DNA from: a virus
UHGV virus genome: UHGV-1342921
DNA length: 64,000 bases
Reading direction: 5' to 3' (one strand)
Numbering within the stretch: position 1 is the first letter of the stretch; each line of letters starts with the position of its first letter. Of this stretch, positions 25,155 to 32,262 are shown piece after piece. The notes under the pieces were generated by a model. That model did no database searches and was not told the origin of the DNA. It was given only the letters and a program-made list of their open reading frames with translations. A program made the translations under genes and the position numbers.

Positions 25155-26228
25155 ATTCCTTATCCTTTTACCAGAGGGGTAAACGCTTCGTATAAAGTGT
25201 TTGCTAACGGGGAAGACTAAACGATAGTTATAAAAACTTCTTTTGAGAAGAACTATCGCATGTTAATCCCGTGTGATACCGCTTCTTCTCTCTTCAAGAG
25301 AGGAGATTGATTATTTTGCCTGGCAACTCTAAAATTTGTGGAATCTACAGAATCAAGAATGAATTAAACGGAAAGGTTTATATTGGGCAAAGTAAGAGAA
25401 TCTTTGGCCGATGGAACGAACATCTCCGTTCTTCTTTTCCTGAAAAATGGGCTGTAGAGACAAAGCGTGACCAAGATTTACCGCTTCATCGTTCAATAAG
25501 GAAATATGGAATAGAGAATTTTTCTTTTACTATCCTGGAAATATGTTCTCCAGAAGAGCTTAATGACAAGGAAAAAGAGTATATCAAGAAATATGAGTCA
25601 GACTTGCGTGACAAAGGATACAACCTTGCTAGTGGCGGACAAGACTCTTTTGCGTTAGCTGGTGAGCGCCATAGCCAAGCAAAACTCACACAACATCAAG
25701 TTGATGAAATAATTGATATGCTGTCTCAAGGTATTCCATTGGAAGAAATTAGCCAGAAATTTAAAGTCTCAAAGCCAGCAGTTTGCAATATAAACACAGG
25801 AAAGAATTGGCATTCTGATGATCGTCAGTATCCAATTCATAAATATGAGCCTCTTAAAGGAGAGCGAGCAGGTCAAGCTAGGCTGACAGACGAACAAGTA
25901 ATGGCTATTCGGAACGATTTTGCAGACGGAGATTTAACTCTTCAGCAAATAGCAGATAAACATGGAATCCAGTACGGAAATACAGTTTCTATCTGCTACG
26001 GATATTCTTGGACTCACCTGCCGGTGTTTAAAAAAGGGCAAAATAAAAAGCGGGGCCATGTATCGACTATCTCCGAGGCTGAAATGCGGGAGAGTAGGGC
26101 TACTAGTGGTAAGTAGCGAGGTTTTAGGAAACGAATCCTCTGAAAACCGAAATAGGATTCTATAGTATTTTACTATAGTAAGATATAGTCAGTGCTCTAG
26201 GGAAACCTAGAGACCCACGAGCTGGAAG
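25155..26228 (+). mobile_element. Group I intron (about 1.07 kb) interrupting the dnaB-like helicase gene; encodes a GIY-YIG homing endonuclease
   Basis: Exon 1 ends in U with an in-frame stop at the intron start. Conserved group I S element AAGATATAGTCAGTGC at 26180-26195, followed by a P9-type GAAA hairpin (CTCTAGGgaaaCCTAGAG). Omega-G at 26228. The joined exons restore the DnaB H4 motif (QLNGRLSTAN-TDPIPDQNLLRGSKSI versus DnaB QLNRSLEQRADKRPVNSDLRESGSI). Confidence 0.7.
25307..26116 (+). CDS. GIY-YIG homing endonuclease (I-TevI-like) encoded within the dnaB intron, with C-terminal NUMOD/HTH-like DNA-binding repeats
   Basis: ICGIYRIKNELNGKVYIGQS (GIY...YIG), R-x(3)-H, KYGIENF, N at the catalytic position. 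Repeated AKLTQHQVDEI and ARLTDEQVMAI helix-turn-helix-like modules. The start is ambiguous (TTG at 25307 or 25316). Confidence 0.75.
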   Translation: MIILPGNSKICGIYRIKNELNGKVYIGQSKRIFGRWNEHLRSSFPEKWAVETKRDQDLPLHRSIRKYGIENFSFTILEICSPEELNDKEKEYIKKYESDLRDKGYNLASGGQDSFALAGERHSQAKLTQHQVDEIIDMLSQGIPLEEISQKFKVSKPAVCNINTGKNWHSDDRQYPIHKYEPLKGERAGQARLTDEQVMAIRNDFADGDLTLQQIADKHGIQYGNTVSICYGYSWTHLPVFKKGQNKKRGHVSTISEAEMRESRATSGK

Positions 26229-26597
26229 ACAGACCCAATACCTGACCAAAACTTACTTCGAGGGAGTAAGAGTATTTGTGACAAGGTCGACTACGCCAGT
26301 ATTGCCCTCGACGTCACAGAAGACGACTTGGAGAGGATCCGCCCTATCTTGAGTAGCATTCCCGTTGTGCCGAACGTAAAGATGAGCGTATACAAGAACA
26401 GGCGCGGTGCATACAACAGGATCTTCCTTTGGATGTATGCGAACAAGGGAACCTGCCGCTACGAGACGATGTTCGCCACTGATTTCAACTACCACCCCAT
26501 AGACCTTAAAGAGACCGAACTGATTGTAAAGAGGGACGACACAGAGGAAGAGAAAGAGCCTGTTATCCTAGACGGTGGTGATGACCTTGAGTTTTGA
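26229..26597 (+). CDS. dnaB: DnaB-like helicase, exon 2 (C-terminal H4 motif through the end)
   Basis: TDPIPDQNLLRGSKSICDKVDYASIALDV aligns with DnaB ...DLRESGSIEQDADVV. KNRRGAYNRIFLWMYANKGTCRYETMF aligns with the DnaB C-terminus KQRNGPTGTVKLAF...TRF. Confidence 0.65.
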   Translation, partial: TDPIPDQNLLRGSKSICDKVDYASIALDVTEDDLERIRPILSSIPVVPNVKMSVYKNRRGAYNRIFLWMYANKGTCRYETMFATDFNYHPIDLKETELIVKRDDTEEEKEPVILDGGDDLEF

Positions 26598-27630
26598 TAT
26601 TCAGAAGGTCAAGGAGCAGATAACCCCATATGAGATATGCGAGATTCTTGAGTACCTCGGAGCCGAGCCCGAGATGCGCGGTGACTCTATCGTGTCAAAG
26701 ACAGTGTCACATGGCGGAGACTCAAAGAAGCTGTTCTACTATTCCAACACCCAGCTGTTCATCGACTACACGAACGGAGGCGACAGGTTCGACGTGTTCG
26801 AGCTTGTCTCCCGAGTTCTTGGCATGAAGCTGGTCGACGCAATCTGGTTTGTCGTAAGCTTCCTCAACCTCCAAGGCGACTTCTCTGACTCGATAACAAG
26901 TGACTGGGGGACGTTCGACAGGTACGACTCGATCGGCACACAGAACTCCGTGGACAACATGGTGCTACCGACGTTGTTGCCGGAGATACTTGACAACTAC
27001 CCCAAAGTAGTGGTAAAATCATGGCAAGAGAGTTTCATAACGCCAGAGGTTCAAGACATGTTCGACATAAGGTTCAACCCACTCGACTCATCTATCCTGA
27101 TTCCGCACAAGAACATCTATGGTGACATTATAGGCGTCAGGAAGAGGGCTCTTGTGGACGACGACATAGCGCTTGGCAAATACCGCCCAGCCGTCATAGG
27201 CGGGGAGCTTCGGAACCATCCGCTCGCATTCAACCTGTACGGCATAGACATGGCGAAAGATGCCATACAAGAGTCGGGATTGGCGATAGTGGCGGAATCA
27301 GAGAAGTCCGTGTTGCAATCCCACAGCTACGGCATACCGCAGACTGTGGCCTGTTGCGGGAGCTCTATCTCAATCTACCAGGTGAACATGCTTGTAAAGG
27401 CAGGGGCGAAGGAGCTTGTGATAGCTTTCGACCACGACTTCACAGACTTGGAGAGCGAGGAGGCACAGCAAGTCGCAACAAGGCTCAACAAGCTTAACGA
27501 CAAGATATCGCCTTATCTCAAAGTGTCGTTCTTATGGGACAAGGAGAACCTGCTAGGCTACAAAGACTCTCCGTTCGACAGAGGTAAAGACGTCCTAATG
27601 AAACTATGGAAGAACAGGGTGGTGCTATAA
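26575..27630 (+). CDS. DNA primase (DnaG-type TOPRIM primase)
   Basis: TOPRIM motifs LAIVAESEKSVLQ (conserved Glu) and VIAFDHDFTD (DxD). Overlaps the helicase stop by 23 nt, suggesting coupled expression. Confidence 0.7.
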   Translation: MVMTLSFDIQKVKEQITPYEICEILEYLGAEPEMRGDSIVSKTVSHGGDSKKLFYYSNTQLFIDYTNGGDRFDVFELVSRVLGMKLVDAIWFVVSFLNLQGDFSDSITSDWGTFDRYDSIGTQNSVDNMVLPTLLPEILDNYPKVVVKSWQESFITPEVQDMFDIRFNPLDSSILIPHKNIYGDIIGVRKRALVDDDIALGKYRPAVIGGELRNHPLAFNLYGIDMAKDAIQESGLAIVAESEKSVLQSHSYGIPQTVACCGSSISIYQVNMLVKAGAKELVIAFDHDFTDLESEEAQQVATRLNKLNDKISPYLKVSFLWDKENLLGYKDSPFDRGKDVLMKLWKNRVVL

Positions 27631-29346
27631 GTGAAGTACAACGTCAGAGAGAAAGTAAGTGACGACATAGAGACGCAGATTCTAGCTTCAAGAGGTGTGA
27701 AGGACCCATCTGCTTGGAGATATAGCGACCGTATGAACGACTGGCGTTTGCTCGGGGACATCTACAACGCTGTTGACCAGTTGGCGTTGGCGGTCAAGTA
27801 CAAGCGGAAAATCTGCCTGGCTGTTGATTGTGATTGTGACGGCTTCTCGTCTTCAGCGATAATGTTCAACTTCCTTTGTACCGACCTGCACGTGCCGATC
27901 AGCCACCTTACGTACAGGGTTCACGATGGTAAGCAACACGGCCTTGCCGACCTCATGGACGTCATCCCGTCTGACACCCAGTTTCTCATTGTGCCGGACG
28001 CAGGCACGTCCGACTATGAATTCCATGACCAACTGACGGCACGTGGATGTGAGGTCCTCATCCTTGACCATCACCAGGCAGAGTTTAAAAACCCAAATCC
28101 CCATGTCGTCACAGTCAACCCACAACTTGACAACTACCCGAACAAGTCGCTCACAGGAGCAGGTGTCGTGTGGCAGTTCGTCCGCGCGTATTCAGAGTTG
28201 CTTCTCGACTGCGGTGACTTTGACAAGTACATGGACCTGTGCGCGTTCGGCAACATCTCGGACATGGCGGACAGCCGTGAGATGGAGATCCGCGCAATCG
28301 TCCGCAACGGGCTGTCTAACATCAAGAACCCGTTCCTGTCTCAACTTGCCAAGCAGAACGAGTACACCATCAACAAGTACGGCGGTCTCTGCTATAAGGG
28401 ATGCGCTTTCGGTTTGACTCCTTTCGTGAACGCGATCTGCCGATCCGGCACAATAGACGAGAAGCGTCTTGTTTTCGATGCGATGCTTGACACCTATGGA
28501 TATGCTCTTGTGCCGTCCGGGAAGAGGGGCGCTCATGGCGAAAAGGTGTCGGTCGCGGAAGAAGCCGTGCGTGTGGCGCTCAACGTCAAGGCTCGGCAGA
28601 CCAAAGAGCAGAAGGCTATGGTCGACTACATCCTTGCAACTGACGACATGAACCACGACGTTAACGTTGTAGTGTGTGACAGCCCCAACGCTCGCCCCGA
28701 GATTGTTGGACTTTGTGCGAACGCCATGCAAGACAAGTTCAAGCGCCCGGCAATCGTGCTCATCGACTACCCGCTTGAGAAAGTGTACCGTGGTTCAGCC
28801 CGCAACTGCGAGAAGAGTCCCATTAAGGACTTCCGCAAGTTTTGCCAGGACAGCGGATATGTCAACTACGCTATGGGCCACCCAAGCGCGTTCGGCGTGG
28901 AGGTCTCATATGCCGAGCTTGGTGACTTTATGAGCTACTGCGTCAACAACGACTATAACTTCCACGACGAGGCAGAGGTCGACGTAGATTTTGAATACGA
29001 CGGTCTCCGCATCCCACGCGCCCTCTTTGATACGGTTCACGACATGAAGGACTGTTTCGGCCAGCAGATGCCGGAGGTAAAGATAGCAGTGAAGGACATC
29101 CCGCTTTCGAGCCTTGAAGTCGACCTGCTTTCCCCCGACAAGTACCCGACACTCAAGTTTACCGGCAAGGGATATCAGTTTGTCAAGTTTCATTCAAGCC
29201 AGGAGGAGTACGACAAAATGAAGGCTCTTGGGCCTGACTACACCATGACTCTTGTGGGAGTCCCTGGTCTGAACATATGGAACGACGTGAGTTATCCACA
29301 GGTTGTCATAGACGAGTATTCCATCGAAGAGAAGTGGGTGTTTTAA
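27631..29346 (+). CDS. RecJ-like DHH-family single-strand DNA exonuclease
   Basis: DHH-family motifs LAVDCDCDG, IVPDAG and EVLILDHHQ. About 570 aa with a DHHA1-like C-terminal half. Confidence 0.65.
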   Translation: MKYNVREKVSDDIETQILASRGVKDPSAWRYSDRMNDWRLLGDIYNAVDQLALAVKYKRKICLAVDCDCDGFSSSAIMFNFLCTDLHVPISHLTYRVHDGKQHGLADLMDVIPSDTQFLIVPDAGTSDYEFHDQLTARGCEVLILDHHQAEFKNPNPHVVTVNPQLDNYPNKSLTGAGVVWQFVRAYSELLLDCGDFDKYMDLCAFGNISDMADSREMEIRAIVRNGLSNIKNPFLSQLAKQNEYTINKYGGLCYKGCAFGLTPFVNAICRSGTIDEKRLVFDAMLDTYGYALVPSGKRGAHGEKVSVAEEAVRVALNVKARQTKEQKAMVDYILATDDMNHDVNVVVCDSPNARPEIVGLCANAMQDKFKRPAIVLIDYPLEKVYRGSARNCEKSPIKDFRKFCQDSGYVNYAMGHPSAFGVEVSYAELGDFMSYCVNNDYNFHDEAEVDVDFEYDGLRIPRALFDTVHDMKDCFGQQMPEVKIAVKDIPLSSLEVDLLSPDKYPTLKFTGKGYQFVKFHSSQEEYDKMKALGPDYTMTLVGVPGLNIWNDVSYPQVVIDEYSIEEKWVF

Positions 29347-30059
29347 TGGTCTACATGGGAAGCAAGAGGCGCATCAAGAAGAGGCTCGTGCCGATTCTGC
29401 AAGACTACATCGACAGCAACAATGTCACGACATACATTGAGCCGATGGTGGGGGGGGGCAACATCATAGACTCCATCAAGTGCGAGAGTCGTTTTGGGTA
29501 TGATGTGCACCCCTATCTCATCGAGCTGCTAAAGCATGTAAATGAAAACGACGGTGTAGACATTCCGCTTGACATTTCAAGAGAAGAGTATTACAATGTG
29601 AAAGACCACATTGACGACTACCCGATGTGGTACGCAGGCCTTGTGGGCTTCTGCGCGTCATACTCCGGCAAGTGGATGGCAGGCTATGCAAGCTGTTATA
29701 GGAAGACCGGCAAGAGCAGGGCAAGCGAGATGCTCAACAACATTCGCAAGCAAGCTCCTTTACTCAAGGGGATACAGTTCGATTGCAAGCACTATAAAGA
29801 CGTCCCCCTTGTACCTGGAAGCCTTGTCTACGTCGATCCGCCATATCGCAATACAACCTCTTACAAGGGCGCTCAAAGTCTTGACTATGACGAGCTTTAC
29901 GATTGGTTGAGAGAGGCGTCAAAGACTTGCAAGGTATTCGTGTCCGAGTATCAGATGCCTGACGACTTCAAGCTTGTTGCGGAGTTTCCCCAGCTCACGC
30001 AGTTGTGTGACGACAAGAGCAAGCAGTTTGTCTCGATTGAAAAGGTGTTTACTTTATGA
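29346..30059 (+). CDS. dam: DNA N6-adenine methyltransferase (Dam-like)
   Basis: YIEPMVGGGNIIDSI (FxGxG SAM-binding motif) and VYVDPPYRNT (DPPY catalytic motif). ATG overlaps the RecJ stop (TAATG). Confidence 0.8.
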   Translation: MVYMGSKRRIKKRLVPILQDYIDSNNVTTYIEPMVGGGNIIDSIKCESRFGYDVHPYLIELLKHVNENDGVDIPLDISREEYYNVKDHIDDYPMWYAGLVGFCASYSGKWMAGYASCYRKTGKSRASEMLNNIRKQAPLLKGIQFDCKHYKDVPLVPGSLVYVDPPYRNTTSYKGAQSLDYDELYDWLREASKTCKVFVSEYQMPDDFKLVAEFPQLTQLCDDKSKQFVSIEKVFTL

Positions 30060-30265
30060 GTGATGACGATGTATGGATTGTTACCGTGCCGGACTACAAA
30101 GTCAAAATTATGGAGCGAGACTATTCCAAGAGAAGCTCCTCTCTACCAGAAAGCACGACTGTTTCTGTAGAGAAAAAGTTTTATTTCGACACGCGCAAGC
30201 AGGCTAAAAAGTTTTGTCTTGAAAACAACTACCCGCTTGACTACATTTCAGTAAACGAAGATTAG
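30056..30265 (+). CDS. Small protein, paralogue A (ends ...NNYPLDYISVNED)
   Basis: 69 aa. Shares MS-DDVW-VT-P...KK-FYFDTR-QAKKFCL-NNYPLDYISVNED with the next gene. Confidence 0.5.
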   Translation: MSDDDVWIVTVPDYKVKIMERDYSKRSSSLPESTTVSVEKKFYFDTRKQAKKFCLENNYPLDYISVNED

Positions 30266-30278
30266 GTTGGAACATTTT

Positions 30279-30500
30279 ATGAGCACAGAAGACGTATGGG
30301 TTGTAACAATTCCTGCAAGAGTCAAAACAGAAGAATGCGTTAAAGAATTTGCAAAAACTGACAAAGATGCGGAAAGAATAAAAAATCATTCTTGGCTTCA
30401 ACAAGACGATATCATTTGTTTTGATTCAAGGCGAGAAGCAAAGAAATATTGTTTAACTCACCATTACCCACTTGATTACATTTCAGTAAACGAAGATTAA
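30279..30500 (+). CDS. Small protein, paralogue B (tandem duplicate of the preceding gene)
   Basis: MSTEDVWVVTIP...ICFDSRREAKKYCLTHHYPLDYISVNED. Same architecture and identical C-terminal 11 residues apart from one position. Confidence 0.5.
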   Translation: MSTEDVWVVTIPARVKTEECVKEFAKTDKDAERIKNHSWLQQDDIICFDSRREAKKYCLTHHYPLDYISVNED

Positions 30501-30516
30501 CAGGAGGCATGACGGC

Positions 30517-30774
30517 ATGAAGAGGTGTCCATTCTGTGGCGGTTCACCGACTATTATGGAAGGAACAAAATTTTCTAAAATTGAATGTAGCAAGTGCGGT
30601 AGTAGGACAACGTATTGTACAAGCGTTCAAGAAGCAGTTGAAATCTGGGATCATAGATTCAAGGTTGAGGAACCTGAAGACGATTGGTATATGTATTACC
30701 ATGTCAAAGCAGACGGCCCATATCCTGATGTCGAGATAAACAAGAAAGATATAAGCATCATTAAAGAAGATTAA
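30517..30774 (+). CDS. Lar-family (restriction alleviation-like) zinc-ribbon protein, copy 1
   Basis: MKRCPFCGG...KIECSKCGSRTTYCTS...AVEIWDHR matches the Lar-family CPFCGG...C-x(2)-CG...W pattern. Confidence 0.5.
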   Translation: MKRCPFCGGSPTIMEGTKFSKIECSKCGSRTTYCTSVQEAVEIWDHRFKVEEPEDDWYMYYHVKADGPYPDVEINKKDISIIKED

Positions 30775-30789
30775 AAAACACATACCGCA

Positions 30790-30839
30790 AGAAGAGGTAA
30801 AAGTCTTTGTTGACTTTTGCCTCTTTTTTGGTATATAAT
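30790..30839 (+). promoter_or_regulatory. Terminator hairpin overlapping a sigma-70-like promoter (TTGACT-18 bp-TATAAT)
   Basis: GAAGAGGtAAAAGTC-tttgtt-GACTTTTgCCTCTT followed by TTTTTTGG. TTGACT at 30810-30815 lies inside the 3' arm and TATAAT at 30834-30839. Confidence 0.6.
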
Positions 30840-30876
30840 AGTATCATTAAAAGCGAGAGCGAACGGGAGGAAGAGT

Positions 30877-31200
30877 ATGAACAAGTGCCCCTTTTGCGGA
30901 GGAAACGGTGTGGTAAAGAGCGGGACGCTCTTCTTCAAGGTCGAGTGCGACAATTGCGGTGCCTCCACGAAATATTGTTCAAGTAGGGAGGACGCAATCA
31001 GTATGTGGGAGATGCGCGACGATGATGGTGATGAAACGGAAGACAGCTGGGACAAGCTTGAAGACGAGGCCACGATGAGCCCTGGCGCATACGTAACAAA
31101 AGTGCTTCGCGTTGACACATCATACTACGGCTGTGACACAGAGATGATGGCAAAAGACCTTGTGAGACGTGCGAAGAGATTGGCAAACGAAGAACAATAA
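30877..31200 (+). CDS. Lar-family zinc-ribbon protein, copy 2 (paralogue with an acidic C-terminal extension)
   Basis: MNKCPFCGGNGVVKSGTLFFKVECDNCGASTKYCSSREDAISMWEMR. GGGAGGAAG RBS upstream of the ATG at 30877. Confidence 0.5.
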   Translation: MNKCPFCGGNGVVKSGTLFFKVECDNCGASTKYCSSREDAISMWEMRDDDGDETEDSWDKLEDEATMSPGAYVTKVLRVDTSYYGCDTEMMAKDLVRRAKRLANEEQ

Positions 31201-31317
31201 AAACTAAAGCCGAGGTGGTGAATATTAAATCCATGCTAGGGTATATATAAAATCAAGGAATGTTTTTAGTAAAGATACTTTTGATTTTGTATATACAAGA
31301 AAGAGGCTTAATTTTTT

Positions 31318-32262
31318 ATGGCAACTTTTAAAGAATTAGAGAAAATTTATTTTGACATGTACGGTAAACAGCTTGCTCGCCCTGCTTTACATCGGTGGGT
31401 AAAAAAAGGAGAAGTAAAAGCTGTTAAAATAAAACCTGACGAAATAAATTACGATAAACAGAGTTTTATAAACAAAATTACTAGCCAGTCGTACAAAAAC
31501 AAGGCTTTTAGACAAAACCCAGAAGACTACATTGGGAAGACTTGCGGATATTTGTTAATCCAGGGAGTAGTACCGCCAGAAGAAAGAAGAGACAAGGATT
31601 ACCATGGAACGATTATGAGATGCAAGTGTCTTGCTTGCGGAAAAGAAGATGTTCAAACTCGTTTTAGTTACGTGACAGGGCAAGGAAACTATTGCCAGAA
31701 AAGTTGTGGATGCGAACAGAAAATCCAACATTTTCTTACAACAACCAAAAGGATACCAGAACCTAAAAAGCCAAAAAACAAAAAAACACCAAAGAAAAAC
31801 GATTTTGTTGATAGATACAGATTTGATTTTGACAGATTTTTGTTTGTTCATAAAATGCTTATCAATAATGATGTTAAGCGTTATTTTCAAAAATGCGACC
31901 AAGGAGAATACGAAAACGCTGTAGATCATTTTTTTTACGACGAACAATTTCTTGCAGTGTATGATTTTTGGAAAGAAAAAACAAACAACGGAGAAAAAAC
32001 AAATACTTTTTATGATTGGTCAAAGCCTAGTTTAGATCATATTCTCCCTAAATCGAGAGGCGGAAGTTGTGACATTTCAAATTTACAAGTCCTAACGGTC
32101 TTTGAAAATCTCGCTAAAAGAGATATGACATGGGAAGAATGGCAAGACTTTAAACAAACAACTCATACACAATCTGATTATTTTATAGAAAACATCTTAA
32201 AAAGATATAGAGAAAAACAAAACAATGGCGAGAAAGAGGGAGGGAAGGATGACGACAACTAA
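31318..32262 (+). CDS. Free-standing HNH homing endonuclease with N-terminal zinc-ribbon repeats, in an AT-rich insert directly upstream of dnaE
   Basis: SLDHILPKSRGGSCDISNLQVLTVFENLAKRD is a classic HNH motif (DH...GG...N...N). KTCGYLLIQG...CKCLACGKEDVQTRFSYVTGQGNYCQKSCGC resembles the zinc-ribbon modules of the 15075 ORF. Very low GC compared with flanking genes. Its 3' end overlaps the dnaE start. Confidence 0.7.
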   Translation: MATFKELEKIYFDMYGKQLARPALHRWVKKGEVKAVKIKPDEINYDKQSFINKITSQSYKNKAFRQNPEDYIGKTCGYLLIQGVVPPEERRDKDYHGTIMRCKCLACGKEDVQTRFSYVTGQGNYCQKSCGCEQKIQHFLTTTKRIPEPKKPKNKKTPKKNDFVDRYRFDFDRFLFVHKMLINNDVKRYFQKCDQGEYENAVDHFFYDEQFLAVYDFWKEKTNNGEKTNTFYDWSKPSLDHILPKSRGGSCDISNLQVLTVFENLAKRDMTWEEWQDFKQTTHTQSDYFIENILKRYREKQNNGEKEGGKDDDN

